Shown one piece after another: positions 28,830 to 39,154 of a stretch of DNA of 64,000 nucleotides (position 1 is its first letter; each line of letters opens with the position of its first letter). A program made the translations under genes and the position numbers. The notes below the pieces were generated by a model. The model did not search any database, had not been told where the DNA came from, and saw nothing but the letters and a program-made list of their open reading frames with translations. This DNA is from a bacterium (GTDB lineage Bacteria > Actinomycetota > Acidimicrobiia > Acidimicrobiales > CATQHL01), in NCBI GenBank assembly GCA_028824415.1, contig JAPPDX010000070.1:16719-80718 (forward strand), written 5' to 3'.

Positions 28830-29585
28830 GTGAGCACGCCCACCGTGCGGCTCTGGCACCTGTACCCGCGTGAGATGAACATCTACGCCGACCGGGGCAA
28901 CATCGCCGTGCTGAGCGGGCGGCTGCGCCGGCGAGGGCTGGACCTGGTGCTCCACGAAGGCGGACCCGGCACAACGCTGCCCGACGACGGGGTCGACCTC
29001 GTGTACCTCGGTGGCGGCCAGGACCGGGACCAGTTGAACGTGGCCGCCGACCTCGCAGCCACGAAGGCCATCGCGGTACGCGGGCTGCTGGAGGGCGGCG
29101 CCGTGGGACTGTTCGTCTGCGGCGGCTACCAGCTGGCCGGGCACAGCTACCGCACCGCCGCCGGCGAAGTGGTCGAAGGACTCGGCGCGCTGGATCTCGA
29201 GACCGCCGCCGGGGAGGGCCGGCTGATCGGCGACATCGTGCTGGCCTCGGATCTGGGGGCCGGCTCCGAGGCAGGCCGGCTGGTGGGCTACGAGAACCAC
29301 GCCGGGCGCACCACGCTGGGCGGCGGCACCACGGCGCTCGGGCGGGTGGTCAAGGGACACGGCAACAACGGCCGGGACCGCACCGAGGGTGCAGTGGCGA
29401 ATCGCACCGTGGGCACCTACCTGCACGGTCCGCTGCTGCCGAAGAACCCCTGGCTGGCCGACCTGTTGCTGACCTGGGCGCTGGAGCACCGCTACGGGCG
29501 GTCCTTCGAACTCGAGCCGCTGGACGACAGCCTGGAGCAGGCCGCCCACCGCGCCGCCGTAGCCCGGGCCAACCGCCGCCGCTGA
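28830..29585 (+). CDS. gatD: GatD-like glutamine amidotransferase (CobB/CobQ-type GATase)
   Basis: LYPREMNIYADRGNIAVL, catalytic Cys in VCGGYQL and a His in YLHGPLLPKNP. Follows murT. Confidence 0.8.
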   Translation: MSTPTVRLWHLYPREMNIYADRGNIAVLSGRLRRRGLDLVLHEGGPGTTLPDDGVDLVYLGGGQDRDQLNVAADLAATKAIAVRGLLEGGAVGLFVCGGYQLAGHSYRTAAGEVVEGLGALDLETAAGEGRLIGDIVLASDLGAGSEAGRLVGYENHAGRTTLGGGTTALGRVVKGHGNNGRDRTEGAVANRTVGTYLHGPLLPKNPWLADLLLTWALEHRYGRSFELEPLDDSLEQAAHRAAVARANRRR

Positions 29586-29587
29586 GC

Positions 29588-29725
29588 CCTGGATTCCGGC
29601 TTCCGCCGGAATGACGAGGACGGCCGGGATTCCGATCCCAGATCGAGCCCGGGGCAGGCTCCTCGCCAAAGTCACAACGATCCTCGCGGTGCCACCGCCG
29701 TCATCCCGGCGCAGGCCGGGATCCA
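29588..29725. repeat. cluster of three REP-like elements
   Basis: 29588-29614 is a canonical core. 29621-29666 is a variant carrying the CCCAGATCGAGCCCGGGGCAGGCTC module. 29699-29725 is an inverted variant (gtcatcccggcgcaggccgggatccac). Confidence 0.8.
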
Positions 29726-29793
29726 CTCGCTTCACACCAGCGGGCGAAGGTGGGTTGGCGTTCCTGCGGTAGTTGCCTCATTAGGGTGAAGGG

Positions 29794-30645
29794 ATGCTTT
29801 CCGGCGGGGACGCTCCCGAGGCGTGCAACGTTCCCAACGACGCCGTCCAGCCCACGGCCGAGGACCACCGGTTGGCGGCCGAGCTGGCAACACGGACGGG
29901 CGCCCTGCTCGTGGAGCTGCGACGCAAGCACCGGTTCGACCCCGCCGACCCTGGCGCCGACGACGAGTTGCGCCGCTCAGGCGACCGGCTGGCGCACGAG
30001 TTCCTGGCGAGCGAGCTCGCCGAGGCCCGTCCCGACGACGCCGTGCTGTCCGAGGAGGCCCCCGACGACCGGCGGCGCCTCGACCACCGTCGGGTGTGGA
30101 TCATCGATCCCCTCGACGGCACCAAGCAGTATGGCGAACCGGGCCGCACGGACTGGGGCGTGCACGTCGCGCTCGCCGTCGACGGCGCACCGACCGTGGG
30201 CGCCGTGGCACTCCCCGCCAAGGGGATCACGCTGAGCACCGCGGAGCCCCCGACGCTGGCCCCATGGCCGCCCGGCGGCGACCGCCCGGGAACCAGGCAG
30301 CAGGTGATCACCAGCCGCAGCCGGCCCATCCCCGACGGCCAGGCGGTGGCGGCGGCGCTCGGCGCGAACCTGGTCACCCTCGGCTCGGTGGGCGCCAAGG
30401 TGGCCGAGGTGATCGCCGGCCGGGCCGTCGCCTACGTGCACGCCGGCGGCCAGTCCGAGTGGGATTCGGCTGCCCCGGTGGCCGTGGCGCTGGCCTGTGG
30501 GCTGCACGCCTCCCGCCTCGACGGCCGGCCCCTGCGCTACAACCGGCCCGACGTCGAACTCCCCGACCTGCTGATCTGCCGCCCCGAGGTGGCCGCAGCC
30601 GCCCTCGCCGCGACCGCGGCCCGCGCCGCCACGGCGGCCGGCTGA
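29794..30645 (+). CDS. cysQ: inositol monophosphatase family protein, CysQ-like 3'(2'),5'-bisphosphate nucleotidase
   Basis: [21 protein letters not shown] and WDSAAP motifs; 283 aa. Confidence 0.8.
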   Translation: MLSGGDAPEACNVPNDAVQPTAEDHRLAAELATRTGALLVELRRKHRFDPADPGADDELRRSGDRLAHEFLASELAEARPDDAVLSEEAPDDRRRLDHRRVWIIDPLDGTKQYGEPGRTDWGVHVALAVDGAPTVGAVALPAKGITLSTAEPPTLAPWPPGGDRPGTRQQVITSRSRPIPDGQAVAAALGANLVTLGSVGAKVAEVIAGRAVAYVHAGGQSEWDSAAPVAVALACGLHASRLDGRPLRYNRPDVELPDLLICRPEVAAAALAATAARAATAAG

Positions 30646-30801
30646 CCGGCTGACCGGCCCATGCGCATCGTCATCGCCCGCTGCACCGTCGACCACCAGG
30701 GTCGCCTCGTCGCGACCGCGGCCCGCGCCGCCCAAGCGACCGGCTGACCGGCCCATGCGCATCGTGATCGCCCGCTGCACCGTCGACTACCAGGGTCGCC
30801 T
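30603..30801 (+). repeat. ~100-bp tandem duplication spanning the cysQ 3' end, the intergenic spacer and the first 16 codons of nucS
   Basis: Copy A is 30603-30704 and copy B is 30705-30801. Copy A has an extra 8-nt ccggctga, which reiterates the cysQ stop. Confidence 0.9.
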
Positions 30802-31414
30802 GGCGGCCCACCTGCCCGAGGCGGTGCGCCTCATCATGGTCAAGGCCGACGGCAGCATCGCGGTGCACGCCGACGGTAGCGCCTACAAGCCGCTCAACTG
30901 GATGAACCCGCCCAACACCCTCAACGAGGAACCCGAGTCCTGGACGGTCACCAACCCCCGGGGCGAGAAACTCGTGATCAACATCACCGAAGTCGTCTCC
31001 GATGTCACCCACGACTTGGGCATTGACCCGGGTCTGCGCAAGGACGGCGTGGAGGCCCACCTGCAGGAGCTGCTGGCGGCCGATCCCTCGGTGCTGGAGG
31101 AGGGCTACAGGCTGGTGCGCCGCGAGTACCCGACCGCCGTGGGGCCGGTCGACCTGCTGTGCCGCGACGCGGCCGGCGCAGCGATCGCGGTGGAAGTGAA
31201 GCGGCGCGGCGAGACCGCCGGCGTGGAGCAACTGAGCCGCTACCTGGAGTTCCTCAACGCCGACCCGGCCCTGTCCCCGGTGCAGGGAATGCTCGTGGCC
31301 GAGGAGATCAAGCCGCAGGCACGAGTGCTGGCCGACGCCCGGGGAATCCGCTGGAAGGTCGTCGACTACGCCGCGCTCCGCGGCGACAAACCCGAGGATC
31401 TGCGGCTCTTCTGA
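30755..31414 (+). CDS. nucS: endonuclease NucS (EndoMS)
   Basis: [34 protein letters not shown]... and a C-terminal RecB-like nuclease motif (VDLLCRD...IAVEVKRR). 219 aa. Confidence 0.95.
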   Translation: MRIVIARCTVDYQGRLAAHLPEAVRLIMVKADGSIAVHADGSAYKPLNWMNPPNTLNEEPESWTVTNPRGEKLVINITEVVSDVTHDLGIDPGLRKDGVEAHLQELLAADPSVLEEGYRLVRREYPTAVGPVDLLCRDAAGAAIAVEVKRRGETAGVEQLSRYLEFLNADPALSPVQGMLVAEEIKPQARVLADARGIRWKVVDYAALRGDKPEDLRLF

Positions 31415-31467
31415 GCGGAGGCCCGTGGCAGCAGCCGCCACTCGGCGGCAACCGAGACGCATTTCCT

Positions 31468-31535
31468 CCCCTTTGAATATGACAGGCCGCCCCCTCTGAA
31501 TGTGACTCGCCGTCCCCTTTGAACGTGACGGGCAC
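31468..31535. repeat. three direct 22-23-bp repeats (CCCCTYTGAAYRTGAC...) in the nucS/VanW intergenic region
   Basis: Starts at 31468, 31491 and 31514, with exact 23-nt spacing. Confidence 0.8.
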
Positions 31536-31646
31536 CGGTACCCTGAGGGCATAGTCGCACCTGAGTTCCCGCACCCTGACCGGGGGCCTCCGGACAGCTA
31601 CGACGGGCATCGGCGCCCGCGCTACTGGCGAATCCTCGCGATCCTC

Positions 31647-33734
31647 GTGGGGGCTCTGGTGATGGGCTTCCTCGGGGTCTATCTCGCGGATGTACTAGTG
31701 GACTCGGGCGACGTGGACCGCAACACTTCCATCGATGGCACCCCCGTGGGCGGACTCTCCGAGGACGAGATCCGCACCGAGGTCCAGAAGCTGGCCACCG
31801 ACTACGCCAACCGTCCTCTGCCGCTGCTCACCCCCGCCGGCACCGTGGCGGCCACCGCCGGTCAACTGGGGTTCGCCCTCGACGTGGAGGCCAACGTGAG
31901 CGCCGCCCTGGCCGCCGGGCAGAGGGGCGCCTCGCCGATCGCCTGGGCATCGTCGTTCTTCGGCGAGAACAATCTGCGCGCCATCGTGACCTGGGACGAG
32001 CTCGTGGCGCAGCAATTCAGCGATGCTCTCCCCCCGGTGCTGGTGCGTGACGCATCGCCGGCCCGCATGGAGTTGCGCGACGGCGTCTTCGTCGTGGAGC
32101 CCGGCGTCACCGGTCTGACCGTTACATCCCAGGACATCCGGTCGGCGATCCGGCAGACCGCAGCGGACCGCACGCTTCCCGACGTGATCGTGGTGGAACC
32201 GTCCTCGTTCCCGCCGCCGGTCACCGCCTTCGACCTCCAGGCGACGGCCGACTACGCCAACGCCCTCACCGCCCGGGGCCTCACCGTCTACGTCGAGGAC
32301 ACGATCAGGGACTTCCTGCCGGCCGAGGTGCGCAGCTGGCTCACCATCACCCCCGCCGACCCGCCCGTCATCACCCTCGACACCGCCTATGTGACCGAGG
32401 TGATCGAGACCCGCCTCGCGAACGTGGCCGTGCCCGGCCACTCGGGCAGGTTCGACATCGTCGACGGGGTGCCGGTGGCGATCGACGCCCGGCCCGGTCG
32501 CCGCTGCTGCGCGCCGAACGCCGGTGAGACGGCGCTGGCCGCCCTGCTGGCGGGCCAGCACGAGATCGCGCTGCACCTGACCGACGTTTTAGGCAGCGAG
32601 GGCGACCTGCTCGCCGAGAGCGGCATCCGCGAGCTCGTCGGCGAGTTCACCACCTACTTCACGCCCGGCCAGGACAGGGTCGGCAACATCCGCCGCATCG
32701 CCGAACTGGTTCAGGGGGCGATCATCGAGCCCGGTGAGACCTGGTCGGTGAACGACTACGTGGGGCGCCGCACCGAGGCGAAGGGTTTCGTGCCCGCCGG
32801 GGTGATCTACCTCGGCAAGTTCCAGGAGGACGTCGGCGGCGGGGTCTCGCAGTTCGCCACCACGATTTTCAACGCGGCCTTCTTCGCCGGCCTGGACTTC
32901 GGGGAGTACCAGGCGCACTCCATCTACATCAGCCGCTACCCGTACGGTCGCGAGGCCACGATCTCCTACCCGCACCCCGACCTACAGCTCATCAACAAGA
33001 CGCCCTACTCGATGCTGCTGTGGCCGACCTCCACCGAGGACTCGGTGACCGTGCGGATCTACAGCACCCTTCACATGACCGTCATCCAGAGTGACCAGTG
33101 GGAGGAGCCCGAGGACCAGTGCACCGAGGTCTTCACCGAGCGCACCCGGACCTTCGCCGACGGCAGCTCCACGACCGACGTCGTGACGGCGCTCTACCAG
33201 CCCGCCGAGGGCCTGAACTGCCAGGGCGAGCCCTTCGTGCCCCCGCCGGACTGCGCGCCCGGCGAGGGTGCGGTGGACACCGACAACGACGGCTGGGTGG
33301 AGTCCTGCCGGGCGCTGTGCCCGGTGCCCGAGCCTGGCGCCGAGGGGGCCGGCGGCGACGGCACGGCCGGTGCGGGGGCAACCGGCGCGGAGGCAGGCGG
33401 CGCGGAGGCAGGCGCGGAGACACCCGGCACCGACTGCGTGCCGGTGTGCAGCGCGGTGCCCGAAACGGAGGCCACCGCCGACGGCGGGGAGCCACCGGTG
33501 TGTATCCCGCTCTGCGGCCCCGATGACGCCGAGGCCTCGCGGGGCAGTTGCGCACGCCCCGAGGACGTTCCCGGCAGTCCCGGCGCCCCGCAGGAGCCAT
33601 CGGCCGAAGGCACCGCTGGAGACGCCACGGTGATCGAGCCCGAGCAGGCCCCTGTCGAACCCGAGCAGGCCCCTGCCGATGCCGAAGCCGAGGCCGAGGC
33701 GGAGACGGACGCCCAACCCATCGACGACGCATGA
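31647..33734 (+). CDS. VanW-family protein with an N-terminal TM anchor and a Cys/Pro/Glu-rich C-terminal tail
   Basis: The VanW core is ISRYPYGREATISYPHPDLQLINKTPYSML. The start is uncertain; it could lie upstream. Confidence 0.8.
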   Translation: MGALVMGFLGVYLADVLVDSGDVDRNTSIDGTPVGGLSEDEIRTEVQKLATDYANRPLPLLTPAGTVAATAGQLGFALDVEANVSAALAAGQRGASPIAWASSFFGENNLRAIVTWDELVAQQFSDALPPVLVRDASPARMELRDGVFVVEPGVTGLTVTSQDIRSAIRQTAADRTLPDVIVVEPSSFPPPVTAFDLQATADYANALTARGLTVYVEDTIRDFLPAEVRSWLTITPADPPVITLDTAYVTEVIETRLANVAVPGHSGRFDIVDGVPVAIDARPGRRCCAPNAGETALAALLAGQHEIALHLTDVLGSEGDLLAESGIRELVGEFTTYFTPGQDRVGNIRRIAELVQGAIIEPGETWSVNDYVGRRTEAKGFVPAGVIYLGKFQEDVGGGVSQFATTIFNAAFFAGLDFGEYQAHSIYISRYPYGREATISYPHPDLQLINKTPYSMLLWPTSTEDSVTVRIYSTLHMTVIQSDQWEEPEDQCTEVFTERTRTFADGSSTTDVVTALYQPAEGLNCQGEPFVPPPDCAPGEGAVDTDNDGWVESCRALCPVPEPGAEGAGGDGTAGAGATGAEAGGAEAGAETPGTDCVPVCSAVPETEATADGGEPPVCIPLCGPDDAEASRGSCARPEDVPGSPGAPQEPSAEGTAGDATVIEPEQAPVEPEQAPADAEAEAEAETDAQPIDDA

Positions 33735-34990
33735 GGCCCCTGACCGCCGACGTGGCCGTGGTGGGGGCCGGACCCGCCGGAGCCGCCGCCGCCATCGGGC
33801 TGGCGCGGGCGGGCCGGCATGCCGTGGTGGTGGACCGCTCACCGTTCCCGCGCGACAAATACTGCGGCGACGGGCTCACCACCGGGGCGCTGCGGCTGCT
33901 GGAGCACCTGGGACTCGACCCCGCGTCGATCTCCTCCTGGCAGGCGGCGACGAGCCTGGTGATCCGCGCCCCGTCCGGCCTGGAGGTGAGCTACCCGTTC
34001 AGCCGGCGCGGCCAGTACGCCGCCACCGTCCAGCGCCGCCAACTCGACGCGTCTCTGGTGACCCTGGCCCGGCAGGCCGGCGCCGAGGTGCTCGACGGCA
34101 ACGCCTGCGAGGGCATCACCGTCGACGCCGACCGCGTGGTGCTGAAGCTGTCGGGAACCGGTCCCCTCCATGCCCGCTACGCGGTCGCCGCCGACGGCAT
34201 GTGGTCACCGGTGCGCCGGATGCTGGGGTTGTCGCTGCCCGCCTACCGGGGCGACTGGCACGCCTTCCGCCAGTACTTCACCGGCGTCGGGCCACAGGCC
34301 ACGGCGTCGATGCGCGTGTGGTTCGAGCCCGAGATCCTGCCGGGTTACGTGTGGTCGTTCCCGCTGCCGGGGGGCGCGGCCAACATGGGCTTCGGCGTGT
34401 CGCGCGCCACGCACCGCACCGGCAGCCTCGCCCGGTTGTGGGACGAGCTGCGCAGCCGCCCCCATATCGCCGCCGTGCTGGGCCCGGGGGCGACCCCGGA
34501 GGACCGGCCCCGCGCCTGGCCGATCCCCACGCGCCTGGGCGACCTGCCTCTGGCCACCGAGCGGGTGCTGTTCTGCGGAGACGCCGCCGGGGTGGGAGAT
34601 CCCATGACCGGCGAGGGCATCGGCCAGGCGCTGCTGAGCGGGCTGCTGGCTGCCGAGGCCCTAGCCGGGGCGGGGCCCGACGACGAGGTGGCCGCCCGGG
34701 AGCGCTACCGGTCCGGCGTGGCGCGTCACCTGGAGCGGGACTTCGTCTTCACCCGCATGCTCGGGCGCGCCCTGCGCAGTCCCCGGGGCTGCAACGCGGC
34801 GGTGGGGATCTCCGGTGCGACTCCCTGGACCCGCCGCAACTTCGCCCGCTGGCTGTTCGAGGACTACCCCCGCGCCCTGGTGCTCACCCCCGACCGTTGG
34901 CAGCGGGGCGCGCTCGGCGGCGGCGCCTTCGAGCACCCGCCGGCCCGCTCGGCCCAGGAGACACCGCCGGGTACCGGCACCACGGGGTGA
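33731..34990 (+). CDS. FAD-dependent oxidoreductase, geranylgeranyl reductase family
   Basis: ATG 33731 overlaps the VanW stop (ATGA). VAVVGAGPAGAAAA (GxGxxG), CGDGLT and a C-terminal GDAAG..DPMTGEGI. Confidence 0.85.
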   Translation: MRPLTADVAVVGAGPAGAAAAIGLARAGRHAVVVDRSPFPRDKYCGDGLTTGALRLLEHLGLDPASISSWQAATSLVIRAPSGLEVSYPFSRRGQYAATVQRRQLDASLVTLARQAGAEVLDGNACEGITVDADRVVLKLSGTGPLHARYAVAADGMWSPVRRMLGLSLPAYRGDWHAFRQYFTGVGPQATASMRVWFEPEILPGYVWSFPLPGGAANMGFGVSRATHRTGSLARLWDELRSRPHIAAVLGPGATPEDRPRAWPIPTRLGDLPLATERVLFCGDAAGVGDPMTGEGIGQALLSGLLAAEALAGAGPDDEVAARERYRSGVARHLERDFVFTRMLGRALRSPRGCNAAVGISGATPWTRRNFARWLFEDYPRALVLTPDRWQRGALGGGAFEHPPARSAQETPPGTGTTG

Positions 34991-35063
34991 GGCCCGCGGC
35001 TGCCGGACAGTCGAAGGCCAGGAGAGCCCGACCCGCTGAATCCTGCTTTCCGGCCGGTGAACC

Positions 35064-35194
35064 CTGGATTCCGGCCTGCGCCGGAAAGACGATCGGAAGG
35101 GTTGCTCTGCCGGCTCAGGCCGGGTGCCGGTCAGTCGAAGACAGGAAGAGTCGGAACTGCTGGAGCCCTGGATTCCGGCCTTCGCCGGAATGAC
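35064..35194. repeat. two REP-like cores embedded in a ~104-bp tandem unit
   Basis: Cores at 35064-35090 and 35168-35194. Each is followed by gatcgg[a/c]agggtt...ccgg...ctcaggccgg. Confidence 0.8.
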
Positions 35195-35218
35195 GATCGG
35201 CAGGGTTTATCCGGCCAC

Positions 35219-37069
35219 TCAGGCCGGACGGGGCACCACGTCGCGGCCCATGGGATGGACCTCTCCGGGGCCGTATCCCTCCGGCGGGTCCTCCATGCCG
35301 TTCGCCCGCAACTCGGCGGTGGCCTCGGTGTCGACCTCGAACCCGGAGTCGGTCTCGACCAGCGCCACGCCGTAGATCCGCTCGGCCAACTCGGGGCCGA
35401 AGTACCCCTCCGAGACGTCGTGCGCCACCGCTTCGGGCGCTCTCTCGCGGGGCGGGCCGAAGCCCCCGCCGCCGTTGGAGGAGTAGCGCAGCACGTCGCC
35501 CTGTCGGATGTGTTCACCGACCGCGTGCATGCCCAGCCACCGCTCGGAGTCGGTGCCGGGGTTCAGCACCAGCACGTTGCCGCCACCGTTGCAGCCTCCC
35601 GCCAGGCCGAACGGCGTGACCTCGGCCCGATCACCGTGCATCGTGAGGATCATGTCGCCGGTCGCCTCGAAGGAGCGGTCGATGCCGAACCCGCCACGGT
35701 ACGTGCCGTGGCCGGCGGAAGCTCCGACCGCCTCGCACGACAGCGCCCGGATGGCGTTGAGCCGCTCCAGCACCTCGATCGGCTGGTTGGTGGCCCCGCC
35801 GATGAAGATCATCAGCTGGAAGCTGTTGCCGTCCTTGTAGCTGCGCGCCCCCTGGCCGCCCTCGTTCCACAGGTACGAGACGAAGGGCACCCCGGTCTCG
35901 GGATGGTTGCCGCTGAGTGCCAGATTGGCCAGGTTCACCGTCGCCGCGTGCATCCGCGAGGGGTCGACGGTGGCGAAGGCCTGCGCCCAGCACGCCATGA
36001 CCGCGGCGGCCACCTTCTCATAGGCACCCGAGGCGAACCCCAGCACCGGCGTGGGCGGCAGCACGTCGACGCACGAGCCGGGCACCGAGACCACCTCGAT
36101 CGACCTCGTGATGCCGTGGTTCAGCGGCACCAGATGGGGGAAGCAGTGCATGGTGCCGTCGTAGACCGACGACAGCAGCGCCGGGCGGGCGAACCCGAAC
36201 GGCGAGATGGGCGCCGGGTCGGACTTGCTGAAATCGAAGGTGACCTGGTCGCCGGCGATGGTCATGTTGACGTGGACCCGGATGCGCGGCTTGTCGGGGT
36301 GCAGCACGTCGCAGTCGCCGAAGTCCTCGAACTCGTAGGTCCCGTCGGGCAGCTCGCGGATGCCCTCGCGCAGCAGCGTCTCGCTGCGATCCATGAGCGC
36401 GTCCATGGTGTGCTCGACCACCTCGGCGCCGAACTGCGCCACGTACTCCAGCAGGCGACGCTCCATCAGTTCGGCGGCCCGCTGCTGGGCGTGCAGATCG
36501 GCCATCCTCTCGTCGGGCACCCGCACGTTGGCCTTGATGATCTCGAAGGTGGAGCGGACGGGACGGCCCTGATCCACCAACAGCATGGGGGGAATGCGGA
36601 GACCCTCGGCGAAGCACTCCCTGGCCAGGGGGTTGAACGACCCCGGGATGGGCCCGCCCACGTCGGCCCAGTGCCCGCAGGAGATCGTGAAGGCGAAGAG
36701 CGACCCGTCCACGAAGACGGGGCGGATGACCTTGACGTCGGGCTGGTGGGTCCCACCGTGGTACGGATCGTTGAAGACGAAGACGTCGCCCTCGCGGAAC
36801 CCGCCGGCGTGCTCGATCGTCGTCTTGATGGACTCCTCGAAGGTTCCCAGGTGGGCCGCCTGGTCCCGCCGGCCGTGCGCTACGAGACGCCCCTCCCGCG
36901 TCAGCAGGGAGCCCGAGTGGTCGTGCCCCTCGCTGATCGTCGTCCCGTAGGCGCCCTTGGCCAGCAGTGCGCTGGCCTCGTCGCAGATCGCCCGGAAGGC
37001 ACTGGAGAGCACCTCCACGGTGATGGGGTCGACGCCGCGGGATGTGCGAGATGTGTCTGCCTGGCTCAT
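35219..37069 (-). CDS. hyuB: hydantoinase B/oxoprolinase family protein
   Basis: Start moved to ATG 37069 (MSQADTS.., overlapping the hyuA stop as ATGA). DPITVEVL, NDPYHGGTHQPD and other HyuB-type motifs. Confidence 0.9.
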   Translation of the reverse strand: MSQADTSRTSRGVDPITVEVLSSAFRAICDEASALLAKGAYGTTISEGHDHSGSLLTREGRLVAHGRRDQAAHLGTFEESIKTTIEHAGGFREGDVFVFNDPYHGGTHQPDVKVIRPVFVDGSLFAFTISCGHWADVGGPIPGSFNPLARECFAEGLRIPPMLLVDQGRPVRSTFEIIKANVRVPDERMADLHAQQRAAELMERRLLEYVAQFGAEVVEHTMDALMDRSETLLREGIRELPDGTYEFEDFGDCDVLHPDKPRIRVHVNMTIAGDQVTFDFSKSDPAPISPFGFARPALLSSVYDGTMHCFPHLVPLNHGITRSIEVVSVPGSCVDVLPPTPVLGFASGAYEKVAAAVMACWAQAFATVDPSRMHAATVNLANLALSGNHPETGVPFVSYLWNEGGQGARSYKDGNSFQLMIFIGGATNQPIEVLERLNAIRALSCEAVGASAGHGTYRGGFGIDRSFEATGDMILTMHGDRAEVTPFGLAGGCNGGGNVLVLNPGTDSERWLGMHAVGEHIRQGDVLRYSSNGGGGFGPPRERAPEAVAHDVSEGYFGPELAERIYGVALVETDSGFEVDTEATAELRANGMEDPPEGYGPGEVHPMGRDVVPRPA

Positions 37070-39138
37070 TCGCTTGCTCCTATCTCCATCACCAGCTCCC
37101 CGTGCGGCGCCACCCGCGCCACCACGCCGGGTGGCACCACCGTCGTGGAGTCCCACTCCTCGACGATCGCCGGACCGGTCACGACATCGCCCGGCGACAG
37201 CCCCTCGCGCTGCACGAACGCCGTCGGGACCACAGCGCCGGACTCGAAGAAGTACGCCTCACCCGACTCGGGCGGCGAAGGCGTGCCCGCGGGGCGCGCC
37301 GGCAGGCTCACCGGCTCGACGTCGCCGACCAGCACCGCCCGCAGGTTGACGATCTCGACATCGGTCACGTCGTCGGTGAGCACGTAGCCGAACTCCCGCT
37401 GGTGCTCGGCCTGGAACCGCTCCAGGCTGTCGCGGCCCAGCAGGTAGTCGATGCCGTGGGGCAGATCCAGCGTGAGGTAGCCGGAGATCTGGCCGTAGTA
37501 GCGCATGTCGGCCCGCCAGTGCACCTTCCACTCGGTGGCCAGCGTCTCGCTGGCCCGCAACTCGTCGATCTCGGCGAGCAACTCCGCCTCCGCAGCCGCC
37601 AGGACCGAGCGGTCGACGCCGGAGTGCAGCTGGAACACCGGCCGGACCAGGTCGTGTCGCAGCATGACCTGCAGCGCACCCATTGCCGACACCAGCCCGG
37701 GATAGGTCGGCACCACCACCGTGGGGATCCGCAGCTCGCGTGCCAGGTCGGCGGCGTGCAGCGGCCCCGCCCCGCCGAAGGCCACAAGCGAGAAGTCCCG
37801 CGGGTCGTAGCCCCGCTCGACGGTCATGAGCCGCACGGCGTTGAGCATGGAGGCGTTGGAGAGCCTGATGATGCCGGCGGCGGCGTCGGTGACCGAGCAG
37901 TCCAGCACCGGGGCGATGCGGCGCTCGATGGCTTCGTGCGCCGCGGCGGCGCTGAGGGTGATGTCGCTGCGCCGGCCCGTGAACGCCTGGGGCCGCAGCC
38001 GCCCGAGCACCACGTTGGCGTCGGTGTTGGTGGGCTCGGTGCCACCCCGCTCGTAGCAGGCCGGGCCGGGGTCGGCGCCGGCGCTCTGGGGTCCGCTGTG
38101 GGGCGTGCCGCTGGCGTCCACCCAGGCGATCGTGCCGCCGCCGGCGCCGATGGTCACCAGATCGATGGCCGGGAAAATGATCGGCACGTTGAACTCGGCG
38201 TGCCACTCGGAGCGGAACATGGGCGCGCCGTTCACGATCACCGAGATGTCGGCGCTGGTGCCGCCCATGTCCAGGGTGATCACGTTGTCGAACCCCACCC
38301 TCTCGGCGACCGCCAGTCCGCCCATGACACCGGCCGCCGGCCCCGACTGGCAGACGCGGGCGGGGATGCGCGTCGCCGCCCGGGACGTCATCAGCCCACC
38401 ACCGGAGTGCGTGATCAAGACGTCGCCGTCGTAGTCGTGGGATTCCAGCAGATCATCCAGACCCCGCAGGTAGGTCGCCATCGGTGGGCCCAGATAGGCG
38501 TTCACGACCGTGGTGCTCATGCGCTCGAACTCGCGGATCTCCGGCACCACCCTGCTGCTGGCGCAGGCGAAGATCCCCGGCGCCTCGGCGGCGATGATCT
38601 CCAGCGCCTCCAGCTCGTGGGCGGGATTCACGAACGAGTTCAGGAAGCAGACCGCCACCGCCTCGATGCCGCGGTCAGACAGGATCCCGATCGCCTCGCG
38701 GACCTCGCCGGCGTCCAGCGGCGTGACCGTACGCCCCAGATAGTCCAGCCGCTCGGTGACCGTCAGGATGTCGCGGCGCGCCACCAGCGGCGGCGGCGGA
38801 TCCCACACCGAGTCGTAGAGATCGATGCGGCTCGCCCGCGCCGCCAGGAGAATGTCCCGGAACCCCCGGGTGGTGATGAGCCCGATCCGGGCGCCCTTGC
38901 GCTGGATGATGGCGTTGGTGCCCACGGTGGTGCCGTGGCGGAAGTCGACGATGCCTGCCGCGCCCAGGTCGCCCAGAGCGACGTCCACGCCCCGCAGAAA
39001 GTCCGCCGGCACCGACGGCTGCTTGGCCAGGACGATCTCCCCGTCGGCGCCGACGGCCACCAGATCGGTGAAGGTCCCCCCGATGTCCACCGCCACGGCG
39101 TAAGCCGCCGCGGCGCGATCCTCACCGTTCCCGCTCAC
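37066..39138 (-). CDS. hyuA: hydantoinase A/oxoprolinase family protein (ATP-dependent)
   Basis: 690 aa. VAVDIGGTFTDLV, TVGTNAIIQRKGA and DMGGTSADIS are actin-like ATPase motifs. Confidence 0.9.
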   Translation of the reverse strand: MSGNGEDRAAAAYAVAVDIGGTFTDLVAVGADGEIVLAKQPSVPADFLRGVDVALGDLGAAGIVDFRHGTTVGTNAIIQRKGARIGLITTRGFRDILLAARASRIDLYDSVWDPPPPLVARRDILTVTERLDYLGRTVTPLDAGEVREAIGILSDRGIEAVAVCFLNSFVNPAHELEALEIIAAEAPGIFACASSRVVPEIREFERMSTTVVNAYLGPPMATYLRGLDDLLESHDYDGDVLITHSGGGLMTSRAATRIPARVCQSGPAAGVMGGLAVAERVGFDNVITLDMGGTSADISVIVNGAPMFRSEWHAEFNVPIIFPAIDLVTIGAGGGTIAWVDASGTPHSGPQSAGADPGPACYERGGTEPTNTDANVVLGRLRPQAFTGRRSDITLSAAAAHEAIERRIAPVLDCSVTDAAAGIIRLSNASMLNAVRLMTVERGYDPRDFSLVAFGGAGPLHAADLARELRIPTVVVPTYPGLVSAMGALQVMLRHDLVRPVFQLHSGVDRSVLAAAEAELLAEIDELRASETLATEWKVHWRADMRYYGQISGYLTLDLPHGIDYLLGRDSLERFQAEHQREFGYVLTDDVTDVEIVNLRAVLVGDVEPVSLPARPAGTPSPPESGEAYFFESGAVVPTAFVQREGLSPGDVVTGPAIVEEWDSTTVVPPGVVARVAPHGELVMEIGASE

Positions 39139-39154
39139 CGCGACCTCCTCCTCA

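Noticed and set aside
30661-30747. The first [11 protein letters not shown]... ATG as the true nucS start
   Set aside because: This frame terminates after 28 codons. The second copy (ATG 30755) continues into full-length NucS.
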